From assembly GCA_965242865.1 (NCBI GenBank), contig CBDETK010000013.1:1280001-1344000 (forward strand): a stretch of 64,000 nucleotides of DNA. The letters are read 5' to 3'. Below the pieces are notes generated by a model. It was given only the letters and a program-made list of their open reading frames with translations. It did no database searches and was not told the DNA's origin. The translations under genes and the position numbers were made by a program. Below are positions 39,525 to 50,253 of the stretch, one piece after another. Numbering within the stretch: position 1 is the first letter of the stretch; the number at the start of each line of letters is the position of its first letter. Source of the DNA: Candidatus Latescibacterota bacterium. GTDB lineage: Bacteria > Latescibacterota > UBA2968 > UBA8231.

Positions 39525-40675
39525 TTTTCGCCCCCTTTCCGCGGTGCAATCCGCTCGTAGAGTGCTAATAGTTTCTCGGCTTCGGCGTCCCAATTAAAAT
39601 GCTCTTCTGCGGCTCGCCGCGCCCGCGCCCCCTTGGCCTGTGCGGCCACGGGATCGTCGAGTAAGCACCCGATGGCGCGGGCATGGGCGGCCGGATCGCG
39701 CGGATCCACGAGCAGGCCCCAATCCGCGACCGCGCGAAACCGGCGGATGGAAGGCAAATCACTGGCGACTACCGGCAAACCGCAGGCAAAGTACTCAAAG
39801 AGCTTGGTCGGCACGAATGAGGCCAGATTTTTGGGCGAGACCTGCCCGGGCACCAAGCCAATCTGGCACGCGGCAATCGCCGCGCCCAATTCGTCGTACG
39901 GGACGCGCTTTTCACTGTATTGTATCTGCTCTTCCAGCCCCCAGTCGCGCAGGCACGCTTCAAATCGCTCCCGCAGCTCCTGCGAGTGAAACTCGCCGAT
40001 GCTCAAGAGGCGAACCTGCGGATGGGTGGTGGCTAGCGCGCGCATAATTTCGAGCAAGAACAGCCCGCCCCGGTCTTCGGACAGCGAGCCAATGTGGACC
40101 AGCGCACAAGGCCCTAGCGCACGGCCGCCGGGGGCAAACCACTCCAAGCGCGGATAGTTCTTCACCACGGCAAAAGGGCGGCTGGCAAAGCGGTCGCCTT
40201 GCTCCTCAACCACTCCGACCACGGCCGTGACAAAGTAGCGAGCGAGCAAGCGTTCGCCCCAGTCGACCAAGCGCGAGAAGGGCCGCCGCAGCCACGAGGG
40301 CACCCACGGCCGCACCATGACCACCAGCGGGAAGTGCTCGTGTACGTCGTAGATGACCCGCCGGCCGCAGAGCCTGAGCACCGCGCCCACGGGCAACAGC
40401 TCGGGGTCGTGGAAGTGGAAGTAATCAGCGTCTGAGCTCAGCCCGACGCGCAGCAACCGCCACAGGTTCAAAAACCGCTGGTTGCTCCCTCCGCGAGCGA
40501 CCGGTAAGGTCTGCACCCGCACCCCGGCCCACTCCCTGCACCCCGCCTCCGGCCCCGGCCCCACCACCGTCACCGCGTATCCCGCCCGCGCCAAGGTCTG
40601 CGCTTGCTTGTAGAAAATCCGCGCGTCAAACGGGTTGTGGACATTCGTCAGGTGGTACACCTCAGGCGCAGCCAA
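39512..40675 (-). CDS. Glycosyltransferase family 4
   Basis: H..FDARIFYK, HFHDPEL, YDVHE, PTKLFEYFACGLPVVASD. Confidence 0.9.
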   Translation of the reverse strand: MAAPEVYHLTNVHNPFDARIFYKQAQTLARAGYAVTVVGPGPEAGCREWAGVRVQTLPVARGGSNQRFLNLWRLLRVGLSSDADYFHFHDPELLPVGAVLRLCGRRVIYDVHEHFPLVVMVRPWVPSWLRRPFSRLVDWGERLLARYFVTAVVGVVEEQGDRFASRPFAVVKNYPRLEWFAPGGRALGPCALVHIGSLSEDRGGLFLLEIMRALATTHPQVRLLSIGEFHSQELRERFEACLRDWGLEEQIQYSEKRVPYDELGAAIAACQIGLVPGQVSPKNLASFVPTKLFEYFACGLPVVASDLPSIRRFRAVADWGLLVDPRDPAAHARAIGCLLDDPVAAQAKGARARRAAEEHFNWDAEAEKLLALYERIAPRKGGEKCVG

Positions 40676-41357
40676 AAAGCACCTCCCGGCTTTGCGGGCC
40701 GCAATTAAAGAGCAGGTCAACCACCGACAGTTCGGCGACAAAACCTGCGTGACACTGGGGGTACACCGGGTGTTCAAAGGGGGTAAAGCGGCACTCAATA
40801 CCGGCCGCCGCAAACGCCTCCACGTCCAAGTACGCCTTTGAGGCCCCGCCCCCCGCTAGGTACACCTGACAGTCACACGCCTTGGCCATATCCACTAAGC
40901 GCGACGTCCGCTCATTCGGCAGGTCTAGCTGCGAGCTAAAGCGGACTTCGACCTCCACCTCCAAGAGCTGCAACAGGTGGCGCAGCAGGGCCACGTTTAA
41001 GTCGAGCAACTGGGGGGCCGCCTCCGCGTATAGGCCCTCTATGGCGGGAGCGTACGCGTCGAAAAAGGGCGCGTGGCCATAGTGCCAGCGCAGGGATTGG
41101 CAGTGCTTGCGCCGCCAGTCGCCGTCGGGCTCGGTCTGGACATCGCATATCTGCTGCCGGCCCCGGCCGCGCGTCCGCACGGGTACGGTCAGCCATTGCC
41201 AGCCCGAGGCCGTGCGGATGCGGTTGCGGTTGGTCAGGCTGCCGCGGCTGTATTGCACATCGTCGGCCAAGACCCACACGTCGGCTTGCCCCACCTTGTG
41301 AAACAAGCCCAGCCAAGGCAGAAAGTTGGGCTGGTGCGCCGCCAACACCCGGCTCAT
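40662..41357 (-). CDS. WbqC family protein
   Basis: HQPNFLPWLG, DDVQY, NRNRI, WLTVPV, LSVVDLLFN. Confidence 0.92.
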   Translation of the reverse strand: MSRVLAAHQPNFLPWLGLFHKVGQADVWVLADDVQYSRGSLTNRNRIRTASGWQWLTVPVRTRGRGRQQICDVQTEPDGDWRRKHCQSLRWHYGHAPFFDAYAPAIEGLYAEAAPQLLDLNVALLRHLLQLLEVEVEVRFSSQLDLPNERTSRLVDMAKACDCQVYLAGGGASKAYLDVEAFAAAGIECRFTPFEHPVYPQCHAGFVAELSVVDLLFNCGPQSREVLFGCA

Positions 41358-41989
41358 CAGCGCACCCACCTGAGCACGTCAAACGCCTCGGCGTACTCCA
41401 CCATGATTTGCCCCCCCCTAGTCCGCGCCCAGCTCCAGATAAAATCCTCTTGGGTGTACGGACGGTGCTGTTGCGACTGGTAGCAGCGCAGCGCGGCGAT
41501 TTTGGTCTGGACGTGGGCGCGGGTGAGCACGCAAAAGTGCCGGTAGTCAAAGCTCAAGTTGTTCCACGGCAGCTCGTACCCGAGCACGGTGACCGTCTTG
41601 AAGGCCCGCAGGCCCTCTAGGTGAACGGTCTGGTGATCTTGGTGCAGGTCTTGGGCGCTGGGCAAGAACACGGTTTCTGGGTCAATTTCTCTTTTCATCC
41701 GCACCAGCTCTTCGAGGATTTCTTGGCGTATATGGGGCAAGTGGCGCACCGCGTACTGATAGGTCAGCAGGTTCGCCGCGGGGATCCCCAGCGCCTTGGT
41801 TCCCTCCCGCACCTCCTTTTCTAGAATGTCGGGCGGAAAGGGCGGCGGCACGGACTCGGCCGCCGTGGAAAAGGCCGCGTAGTACACCTCGCGCCCCTCC
41901 TCCACCATCCGGCTAATCGTCCCGCCGCACCCGAGCTCGCCGTCGTCCGTGTGCGGTGCGAGGACCAAAATGCGGTTATTGGCCGGCAC
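41357..41989 (-). CDS. PIG-L family deacetylase
   Basis: APHTDDGELGCGG, HQDH. Confidence 0.92.
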   Translation of the reverse strand: MPANNRILVLAPHTDDGELGCGGTISRMVEEGREVYYAAFSTAAESVPPPFPPDILEKEVREGTKALGIPAANLLTYQYAVRHLPHIRQEILEELVRMKREIDPETVFLPSAQDLHQDHQTVHLEGLRAFKTVTVLGYELPWNNLSFDYRHFCVLTRAHVQTKIAALRCYQSQQHRPYTQEDFIWSWARTRGGQIMVEYAEAFDVLRWVR

Positions 41990-43139
41990 GACCCTCTCCT
42001 TCGGCCTCGGCCAATAGTTCGGCCAAGCCGCAGCACACCCTTTCCACGGCCTCGGTGCTCAGGCCCGGAAATATCGGCAGGGTTACCACCTGCGCGAGCG
42101 TGGACTCGGCAACGGGAAAATCCCCCGGGCCATAGCCCAACGCCCGCTGGTAAAACGGCGTCAGGTGGCACGGCGGCCAGTACACGCTGCCCGCTTCGAT
42201 CCCGCGCTCGCGCAACTGGGCAACCACCCATTCGCGCCTCGTTCCGGCGGGCAAGCGCACGGGAAACTTGTAGTACGCGTGGACTCGGCCGGCAAATTCC
42301 GGCAAGAGCACCCCGCCGCATCCCACACGGGCCAGCACGCGCCGATAGTGTGCGGCGAGGCGGTTGCGCTCGGCCGTGTGTGCAGCCAAGCGCGCCAACT
42401 GCCGCAGGCCGAGGGCCGCGCTCAGCTCAGGCAAGCGGTAGTTGTGGCCCAAGCGCTCCAACACGCGGCCCGGCGCGCCCACCCCGTGCGTGCGGAAGCT
42501 CCGCGCAAAGGCCGCCAAATCGCGGTCGTTGGTGCTCAACGCGCCGCCCTCGCCGGTGGTCAGCGGCTTGGTCGGAAAAAAGGAAAAGCCGGCTGCATCC
42601 CCCAAATTCCCGGCCGCCTCGCCGTCGGCCTTGGCACCGTGGGCGTGGGCCGCGTCTTCGAGCAGCAGCAGCCCGCGGGTGCGGCAAAACGAGCGAATGG
42701 CCTCGATGTCGGGCGCAATGAGACCCGCGATGTGGACCGCGACTACGGCCCGCGTCTTCTTGCCGACTTGGGCCTCGATCTGGGGCAGGCCGCTCGACAG
42801 GGTCTGCGGATCGATGTCGCAGAGCACGGGCCGGCCGCCGGCCAACAGCGCGGCGTTGGCCGAGGCAATAAACGTATTCGTCGGCACCACGACCTCCCGC
42901 CCTTCCACCCCCCAATAGCGCAGCGCCACCTCCAACGGCGCGGTCCCCGAGTTCATGCACACGGCGTGGTCCGTGCCCACACCCGCGGCAAACTCCTGCT
43001 CAAACCGCTCCAAGTACGGCCCCATCGTCAGGCGTCCGCTGCGGAGGATTTGGGCAAAGTCTCCCAGCAGCGCGGTCACGTCCTCTTCGGGGATACAGGG
43101 CTTGGTCTGGGGCACTTTGGTCGGCGACGCGGTCAACAC
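41976..43139 (-). CDS. DegT/DnrJ/EryC1/StrS aminotransferase
   Basis: EDAAHAHG, SFFPTKPLTTGEGG, GHNYR. Confidence 0.92.
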   Translation of the reverse strand: MLTASPTKVPQTKPCIPEEDVTALLGDFAQILRSGRLTMGPYLERFEQEFAAGVGTDHAVCMNSGTAPLEVALRYWGVEGREVVVPTNTFIASANAALLAGGRPVLCDIDPQTLSSGLPQIEAQVGKKTRAVVAVHIAGLIAPDIEAIRSFCRTRGLLLLEDAAHAHGAKADGEAAGNLGDAAGFSFFPTKPLTTGEGGALSTNDRDLAAFARSFRTHGVGAPGRVLERLGHNYRLPELSAALGLRQLARLAAHTAERNRLAAHYRRVLARVGCGGVLLPEFAGRVHAYYKFPVRLPAGTRREWVVAQLRERGIEAGSVYWPPCHLTPFYQRALGYGPGDFPVAESTLAQVVTLPIFPGLSTEAVERVCCGLAELLAEAEGEGRAGQ

Positions 43140-43320
43140 CCGTCTCCCTCGGCCCATGCACTCTCTGCTAGCACCAATACCTTCACGGCAAAAGCTCCTT
43201 AGCTCTTGAATACACTGCAATATACACAAGTACACAACAAGATGGGTTTTCAGCAAGAGAAAACACGCGGTTGCGCCTTCTTCCTTTGACAAACAGGGCC
43301 TCGCATTTAACTTTTGGAAC

Positions 43321-44445
43321 ATGAGAAACCCCACCCGTGCGGTTCAAATCGGCCGCACGACCATCGGCGGAGGCCACCCCATTGCCGTGCAAAGCATGGC
43401 CGCCACCCGCACCCAAGACACCGAGGCCACCATCGGCCAACTCCGGCTCTTAGCCGCGGCCGGGGCGGACATCATTCGCATTGCCGTCGATAGCAAAAAA
43501 GACGTGGAGGCCCTCGCCCAAATCGCGCCGACTGTTGACGTGCCTCTGTCCGTGGATCTGCAAGAAAACTACCGATTGGTCCGCAGCGTGGCCCCGCACG
43601 TGGAGAAAATACGCTACAACCCCGGGCACCTCTATCACCACGAAAAGGACAAGCCGGTCGCCGACAAGGTCGCCTTTATTGCGGACGAGGCCGCCAAGCA
43701 CGATTGCGCCCTGCGCGTGGGCGTCAACTGCGGCTCGGTCGATCCGGCCCAAGCCGAGCGCTTTCCAGCCGGCGACTCCATTTCGCCGATGATTGCCTCG
43801 GCCTTAGAGCACTGCGAGCGGCTCGACGCGCTGGGCTTTCACCGCTACTGCGTCTCGCTCAAGGACTCCGATCCGGCCAAGGTCATTGCCGCCAACACCC
43901 GCTTTGCCCACGAGCGGCCCGATGTGCCGCTGCACCTCGGCGTCACCGAGGCCGGGATGCCCCCCGAAGGCGTGATCAAGACCCGCATTGCCTTTGAACA
44001 GCTCATCAGCGCCGGCATTGGCGACACCATTCGCGTCTCCCTGACCTTGCCGTTTGACGACAAGGGCGAAGAGGTCAACGTCGGGCGGCAGATTCTCGAC
44101 GACATTTATTCGGGCCGCTTCCGCTCCGTCCCCCAGTCGCTCCCGACCGGGCTGAACATCATCTCCTGCCCCTCCTGCTCGCGGGTAGAAAACGAAGCCT
44201 TTATTGACCTAGCGCACCAAGTGCGCGCCCTAACCGAGTACGCCCGCGATCACCAGATCACCATCGCCGTCATGGGCTGCCGGGTCAACGGCCCGGGCGA
44301 GACCGACGCCGCCGACCTAGGGCTTTGGTGCGCCCCCAACTTCGTCAACCTCAAGCGCGGCCCCCAACTCATCGGCCAGTTCTCGTATAACGAGGTCCTC
44401 GGCGTGCTCAAAGAACAAGTTGACGAGCTCATTGCCGCGGGCTAG
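43321..44445 (+). CDS. ispG: (E)-4-hydroxy-3-methylbut-2-enyl diphosphate synthase
   Basis: [50 protein letters not shown]. Confidence 0.95.
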   Translation: MRNPTRAVQIGRTTIGGGHPIAVQSMAATRTQDTEATIGQLRLLAAAGADIIRIAVDSKKDVEALAQIAPTVDVPLSVDLQENYRLVRSVAPHVEKIRYNPGHLYHHEKDKPVADKVAFIADEAAKHDCALRVGVNCGSVDPAQAERFPAGDSISPMIASALEHCERLDALGFHRYCVSLKDSDPAKVIAANTRFAHERPDVPLHLGVTEAGMPPEGVIKTRIAFEQLISAGIGDTIRVSLTLPFDDKGEEVNVGRQILDDIYSGRFRSVPQSLPTGLNIISCPSCSRVENEAFIDLAHQVRALTEYARDHQITIAVMGCRVNGPGETDAADLGLWCAPNFVNLKRGPQLIGQFSYNEVLGVLKEQVDELIAAG

Positions 44446-44473
44446 GTGCTTCGCAGGAAACGTTAGAGAACCA

Positions 44474-44710
44474 ATGCCGACGGTGTTGAGAGAAGGGCCG
44501 TATCGCTTCTTCTTTTATGCAAGTGATCGCACCGAACCTCAGCACGTGCATGTAGAACGCGACGACCGAGTCGCCAAGTTCTGGCTGGACCCGGTGAGGC
44601 TACAAAGGAGCGGAGGGCTGGTGCGCTCAGAGATCCGTCAGATTGCAAGGATAATTGAGGAAAATCAAACGATTCTTATGGAGGCATGGGATGGATATTT
44701 TGACCGTTGA
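44474..44710 (+). CDS. DUF4160 family putative toxin
   Basis: MPTVLREGPYRFFFY..EPQHVHV..AKFWL. Confidence 0.88.
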   Translation: MPTVLREGPYRFFFYASDRTEPQHVHVERDDRVAKFWLDPVRLQRSGGLVRSEIRQIARIIEENQTILMEAWDGYFDR

Positions 44711-44999
44711 CTTGAAGGTGCCGGAAGTTGAGCGCGTGGAAGTTACCGACGACGCTCTAATGGCCGATCTTTCCGATGGGCGGACCATCTCCGTTCCGTT
44801 GGCTTGGTATCCTAGGCTAGTGCATGCGACGCCGGCAGAAAGGCGCAACTGGCGGCTTATCGGTGTGGGCCAAGGAATCCACTGGCCCGATCTAGACGAG
44901 GATATCAGCATAGAGGGCTTGCTTGCGGGTAGGCCCTCCGGGGAAAGCCAAAAGTCCTTGAAGCGGTGGTTAGAAGCGAGGCAGACAAGGTTGCGGTGA
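44691..44999 (+). CDS. DUF2442 family putative antitoxin
   Basis: LSDGRTISVPLAWYPRL, GIHWPDLDEDISIEGLL. Confidence 0.88.
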   Translation: MDILTVDLKVPEVERVEVTDDALMADLSDGRTISVPLAWYPRLVHATPAERRNWRLIGVGQGIHWPDLDEDISIEGLLAGRPSGESQKSLKRWLEARQTRLR

Positions 45000-45100
45000 A
45001 AGTGAACCGCAAACCTCCGTCGCCTTAGTCGAGGTGTAAAACTCGCTGCCGTCCGCCCCTTAGCCCTCAAACCCAATGGCATTCACAGGCTAGGTATTCT

Positions 45101-45844
45101 ATGCAAAATCCCATCAAAGTACAACTCGCCGCCGGGCAGCCCTCCATCGGCTCTTGGCTCAACCTAACCTCGCCGCTGGCCGCCGAAGTCATGGCCACGG
45201 CTGGCTTCCAATGGCTGGTGGTCGATGCCGAGCACTCGGCTTTTGACCTCGGCCACATCGCCCACACCTTCCGCGCTATTGAGGCCCGGGGGGCCCTGCC
45301 CTTGGCCCGCGCTTGGGACCACGATCCCACCACGGCCGCTCGCCTGCTCGATGCCGGGGCTTGGGGCTTAGTCTTTCCACACGTCAGCACCCCAGAGCAA
45401 GCCGAGAAGCTGGCCCAAGCCGTGCGCTATCCACCGCGCGGCACTCGGTCGGTCGGCACGGGCCGTTGCGTCACATTGGCCCCGGACTACCGCCAGCGTT
45501 TTGACGACGCCGTCCTCTGCATCCCCCAGATCGAGGATATGGAGGGCATTGAAAACGCCTCGGCCATCGCCCGCGTCGAAGGCGTTGATATTGGCCTCCT
45601 CGGGCCGGGCGACTTGGCCATGTCTATGGGCGTCGCGGCCGGTCACCCCGACCACGAGGCCGCCTTACAGGCTTTTCGCGCCGGCTGTGCCCACGCCGGC
45701 AAACCCAGCGGCATCCCGGTCAAGGACCCGGCCGAAGTCAAACGGCGCGTCGCCGAAGGCTTCCAGTTTATCGACCTCAGCAACGACATGCGGTTTTTGG
45801 AAGCCACAGCGCAAGCCGCGTACCGCGAGGCGACCGCTCAATGA
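45101..45844 (+). CDS. HpcH/HpaI aldolase
   Basis: DAEHS, LLDAGA, YPPRGTRS, QIE, GPGDL. Confidence 0.9.
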   Translation: MQNPIKVQLAAGQPSIGSWLNLTSPLAAEVMATAGFQWLVVDAEHSAFDLGHIAHTFRAIEARGALPLARAWDHDPTTAARLLDAGAWGLVFPHVSTPEQAEKLAQAVRYPPRGTRSVGTGRCVTLAPDYRQRFDDAVLCIPQIEDMEGIENASAIARVEGVDIGLLGPGDLAMSMGVAAGHPDHEAALQAFRAGCAHAGKPSGIPVKDPAEVKRRVAEGFQFIDLSNDMRFLEATAQAAYREATAQ

Positions 45845-45860
45845 ACATCCTCACAGGCTC

Positions 45861-46916
45861 ATGGCAGGCGTAAGGGTGCTCAATGCACTCGTCCCCAACG
45901 AGATATACCACGGCGACTCGCGGCAGCTTCTAAAGAAAATTGAGCGAGAATCCATCGCCCTGAGTATATGGTCGCCGCCCTATTACGTCGGCAAAGAATA
46001 TGAACGAGATTTGTCTTTTACTGATTGGCAGTAACTTTTGCACACGGTGATTAAACTGCACTTTCCCATCATTAAGCCGGGCGGCTTTTTGGTGATAAAC
46101 ATCGCCGATATACTGTGTTTCAAAGACGAGAGCATGCCGAAAATCATGGCCGAAAACGTCTCGCGCAGAAAAATCGCCCTGACAAAAGAGAACATTCTTG
46201 AGGTTAAACAACAGTACCCCGACTGGAACCGATACCAACTCGCGGCACACTTCGGATGCAGCGAACAAACCATTGACCGGCGGCTCAACGGCAATAACAT
46301 CCGCGGCGGCAAGTACCAGCTCCAAACGAGGGTTTATCTAGTGGGCGGCCTAATAGAATCATCCGCAACCGACGCTGGCTTTTATTTGTACGATCGGTGC
46401 TTATGGGTAAAAGACGCCGCTTGGGAAAATTCGCGCTGGCACACCATATCGTACCGCTCGGTAGATGAGTCCGAATACCTATACATCTTTTGGAAACCGG
46501 GTATAACAAAAGTGGATAGATCGCGGCTGACAAAAAGCGAATGGGTGGATTGGGGTTCACGAGGGGTTTGGGAAATCCCCTCCGTCCGCAGCAACTCAGA
46601 CCACGATTCCAAGTTCCCCATCGAATTGCCGCGGCGAGCGATCAAGCTGTTTACGGAGCCAGACGACATCGTTCTCGACTGCTTTGTCGGCAGCGGCACG
46701 ACGGCCTTGGCCGCCCTGAGCGAAGGAAGGCGTTACATCGGCATCGACAAAGAAGAGCAGTCGGTGGCGATTGCAAACGCCGCGCTCCAATCGCTCAACA
46801 CCTACCAAAAAGGTCCCGAGCAAATGGAGTTTATGCTGCGGGACTTAGAGGCGTTCTATGGCAGTCCTACATCCTTCAAGACTGGTTCCCGCGTTCGCGG
46901 GAATGACGCCTCCTAG
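45861..46916 (+). pseudogene. Beta-class N4C/N6A DNA methyltransferase with in-frame TAA at 46032-46034
   Basis: IYHGDS..WSPPY precede the stop; the same frame continues to DCFVGSGTT..GIDK; internal HTH-like segment. Confidence 0.85.
46880..46907 (-). repeat. REP/dRS3-like palindrome
   Basis: Reverse complement GTCATTCCCGCGAACGCGGGAACCAGTC differs by one base from the 53140 copy. Confidence 0.8.
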
Positions 46917-46983
46917 GCAAAAAAGACCGTGCGGATCAACATTCCATGCTTTCGAGTCATTTAGGACGGCTATAGTACGCGCA

Positions 46984-47844
46984 ATGAACATCCTCAATTT
47001 CGGCTCGCTCAACATCGACCTCGTGTACCAAGTTGAGCATATCGCTCGCCCAGGCGAGACCATCGCCAGCTCGGCCCACCAAGTCTTTGCCGGCGGCAAG
47101 GGCGCGAATCAATCCGCCGCGCTGGCCCGCGCCGGTGCGAAAGTCTTTCACGCCGGCCAAGTCGGGCCAGACGGGGCATGGGTCGTCGATAAATTGGCCG
47201 GGCTGGGCGTGGATGTGCAGCACATCCGCGTTGGCGACGCACCGACCGGTCACGCCATTATCCAAGTGGACCGCCAAGGGCAAAACAGCATCGTCCTGTT
47301 TGCCGGAGCCAATGCCCAAGTAGAACGAGAGGCCATAGACACCGCGCTAGCCCATTTTGGCTGCGGGGATATGCTCCTCTTGCAAAACGAGATAAACGAC
47401 GTGGCTTACATCCTCACTGCTGCGGCCGAGCAGGGCCTGACGATCTGCTTAAACCCCGCGCCCTTTGGCCCAGAGGTCGGTGCGTATCCCCTCGAACTAG
47501 TCAATTTGCTCATCGTCAACGAAATCGAAGCGGCTGGACTGGTCGGCGCATCTACGCTTGATGCCCTAGCCGCACGCTGTCCCCGCGCCCAGATCGCGCT
47601 CACGCTGGGCACCGCTGGTGCTCAGTATCGCTCCGCAACCGAGGAATTCCACCTGCCGGCCCCGCCCGTCGAAGCCATCGACACGACCGGGGCGGGCGAC
47701 ACCTTCATCGGCTATTTTCTCCAGGGCCTGACCGCCGACCTGACGGCGCGCGACGCCATGGCCCGAGCAGTGCAGGCCGCGGCCTTGTGCGTCACTCGCC
47801 CGGGGGCCATGGATTCAATTCCAGCCGCAGCCGAACTCCCTTAA
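46984..47844 (+). CDS. rbsK: Ribokinase / PfkB sugar kinase
   Basis: GSLNID, GGKGANQ, DTTGAGDTF. Confidence 0.85.
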   Translation: MNILNFGSLNIDLVYQVEHIARPGETIASSAHQVFAGGKGANQSAALARAGAKVFHAGQVGPDGAWVVDKLAGLGVDVQHIRVGDAPTGHAIIQVDRQGQNSIVLFAGANAQVEREAIDTALAHFGCGDMLLLQNEINDVAYILTAAAEQGLTICLNPAPFGPEVGAYPLELVNLLIVNEIEAAGLVGASTLDALAARCPRAQIALTLGTAGAQYRSATEEFHLPAPPVEAIDTTGAGDTFIGYFLQGLTADLTARDAMARAVQAAALCVTRPGAMDSIPAAAELP

Positions 47845-47860
47845 TCAAAAAGGAATACCC

Positions 47861-48844
47861 ATGCCCAACATCATGCTCTCCGCCCAGTTCCAAAACGCCG
47901 AATTCGCCTCCAGCCAGCGCGAACAGGGCCTCGAACACCTCCGCTCGCTGGGCACCCTCATCCCGGAGCCGGCCGTGCTCACCGCCGAACACGCCCCAGA
48001 CCTGATCGCCTCTATCGCCAGTTCATCCGTCTATACGGACGAATTTTACGCGGCCGCCGAAAATTTGCGTATCGTCGCCCGCTGGGGCGTTGGTTTCGAC
48101 AAGGTCAATGTCCCGGGTGCTACGCGGCACGGGGTGATCATCACGGTGACTCCGGTTCACATGGACGCGGTCGCCGAATACGCCATTGCCCAGTGGATGG
48201 CCACCCTCAAGCGGGTCTATACCCTCAATCATCTCTCCCACCGGGGCGATTTCTCCATCATCCGCACCTATGAGGCCCAACACACCACCCTCGGCCTGTA
48301 CGGTTGCGGGCGCATCGGCCAAGAGGTGGCCCAACGCGCCGTGCCCCTTTTGGGTGCTGGCGGACGCTTACTCGTCTATGACACCCGCCCAGACATCGCC
48401 GACATTGCCGCCCAATACGGAGCCGACATCGCCGACTCCCCCCAAACGCTCTTCCGCGAGAGCGACACGGTCTCGCTCCACGTCTCGGGCGACGCGACCA
48501 TCGTCCACTACGACCTGCTTCGCCTGATGCAGCCCCACGCCTCCCTGATCAATCCCTCGCGGGGCAATCTCGTCAACGACGCGGACGTCCACCGCGCCAT
48601 TGAGGAAGAGAAGCTCTATTACTACGTGGTTGACGATCCAGTCAACGACACCCGCGCCATCCACAAGGGGCACCCGCGCATTATCTGCACCAACCACAAC
48701 GCCGGCATTACGGTCGAATCCACCATGCGTCTCGACGCCAAGAGCATTGAGCAAGTCGAGGCCGCCATCACCGGCCGGCGGCCCGAGCACATCCTCAATC
48801 CAGCGGTCCTCGACCATCCCCGGGTCCAAGGGTGGCTGCAATGA
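47861..48844 (+). CDS. D-2-hydroxyacid dehydrogenase
   Basis: RWGVGFD, GCGRIG, INPSRG. Confidence 0.85.
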   Translation: MPNIMLSAQFQNAEFASSQREQGLEHLRSLGTLIPEPAVLTAEHAPDLIASIASSSVYTDEFYAAAENLRIVARWGVGFDKVNVPGATRHGVIITVTPVHMDAVAEYAIAQWMATLKRVYTLNHLSHRGDFSIIRTYEAQHTTLGLYGCGRIGQEVAQRAVPLLGAGGRLLVYDTRPDIADIAAQYGADIADSPQTLFRESDTVSLHVSGDATIVHYDLLRLMQPHASLINPSRGNLVNDADVHRAIEEEKLYYYVVDDPVNDTRAIHKGHPRIICTNHNAGITVESTMRLDAKSIEQVEAAITGRRPEHILNPAVLDHPRVQGWLQ

Positions 48845-49971
48845 AAATAACCCGCTTCGCCGTCACGCCGCTCAACAATCGCGGCCTCTTACTGCAAGTC
48901 GAGACCGACGTCGGTCTCACCGGCTTGGGCGCGCCCATGAACTACGAACACGGTCGCACGGTGGAGCGGGCCATCCTCGACATGGGCGATTACCTCATGG
49001 GCCGCGACCCCCTGCAAATCGAAGACCACTGGCAGACCCTCTACCGCTCCAGCTATTCCCGCCAGATGCCGATCCTGTTGGCGGCTCTCAGCGGCATCGA
49101 AATGGCCTGCCTAGACCTATTGGGCAAAACCGCGGGCTTGCCCGTGTGGCAGCTATTGGGCGGAGCGGTGCGCGAGCGAATCCGCGTCTATGGAGCAGCC
49201 GGAGGCACCACCCCAGAGCAAGCCGCTCAGGCCGCTCGCCAGCGCGTCGCCGAAGGCTTTACCGCGCTCAAAACCACCCCTTTCCCCGACCCGGTGCGTC
49301 CCATTGAGACCCCGGCCGGGATCGAGCGGGTTGTGTCCCGGATTGCGGCCATGCGCGAAGCCATCGGCCCGGGCATTGACCTCGCCATCGACTTCCACCG
49401 CGCCACCAGCCCGGCACTGGCCAAGGTGCTCTTGCGCGAACTCGAGCCCCTAAAGCCGCTCTTTGTGGAGGAGCCGACCCGTTCCACCGACAACATCGGT
49501 CCCTTGTTGGAACTGACGCGCTCGACCTCCATCCCCATCGCCACGGGCGAGCGTTGCGCCACCCGCTGGGGCTTCCGCGAATTGTGCGAGCGCAAGGCCG
49601 CGGCCATCATCCAGCCCGATATACGCCACTGCGGCGGCCTGCTCGAAATGAAGAAAATTGCCGCCTTAGCCGAAGTCCACGAGCTCGCGGTCGCGCCCCA
49701 CAACGCCGCTGACCCCCTCGGCATCGTCGCCTCCGTCCACGCGATGGCCGGCACGCCCAACTTCCTCATCATGGAATACGGCGGCGGGGGCGGCGAAGGG
49801 TTTTTCACCGCCCCGTTGCAAATGAAGGATGGGTTTGTGGAATTGCCGCGCAGGCCGGGGCTGGGCGTGGAGATCGATCCAGCAAGGTTAGCGGCGGCCA
49901 CTCACCGCGGCCCGTGGCGGCAACGGACGATGCGCCGCCACCCCGAGGACGGCGCATTCGCGGATTTTTAG
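48841..49971 (+). CDS. dgoD: Galactonate dehydratase-like enolase-superfamily enzyme
   Basis: IEDHWQ, IDFH, FVEEP, IATGER, QPD, APHN. Confidence 0.8.
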   Translation: MKITRFAVTPLNNRGLLLQVETDVGLTGLGAPMNYEHGRTVERAILDMGDYLMGRDPLQIEDHWQTLYRSSYSRQMPILLAALSGIEMACLDLLGKTAGLPVWQLLGGAVRERIRVYGAAGGTTPEQAAQAARQRVAEGFTALKTTPFPDPVRPIETPAGIERVVSRIAAMREAIGPGIDLAIDFHRATSPALAKVLLRELEPLKPLFVEEPTRSTDNIGPLLELTRSTSIPIATGERCATRWGFRELCERKAAAIIQPDIRHCGGLLEMKKIAALAEVHELAVAPHNAADPLGIVASVHAMAGTPNFLIMEYGGGGGEGFFTAPLQMKDGFVELPRRPGLGVEIDPARLAAATHRGPWRQRTMRRHPEDGAFADF

Positions 49972-50034
49972 TTGACCGCGCTATGTACAAAAAAGAACCT
50001 CCGAGCAACACACCTATTCGCTGGAGGATGGGTA

Positions 50035-50253
50035 ATGGACGACAAAAAAACCACCGATGCCGTAGAAATCCTTCATAGGCACTATGTTGAAGGCGATTCA
50101 GAAATGGAAGCTCTAATACAAGAAGAACGGATATGCGCCAAAGTCGCTGCTGAACTTTATCAACTCAGAACTCAACTTGGCCTATCCCAACGGGCATTGG
50201 CAAAAAAGAGCGGTACGTCAGCATCTGTGGTATGTAAAGGAAGCTCTGATTAA
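50035..50253 (+). pseudogene. XRE/HigA-like HTH antitoxin cut by an IS end
   Basis: TTDAVEILH, LGLSQRALAKKSGTSASVV, then runs into the IS5-like end at 50239. Confidence 0.7.

Noticed and set aside
39560-39568. CIRCE half-site GAGTGCTAA
   Set aside because: Inside a CDS and lacks the TTAGCACTC arm.
20924-46034. Stop-codon reassignment explaining in-frame TAG, TGA and TAA
   Set aside because: Three different stops are involved and core genes end normally with all three; pseudogenisation is simpler.
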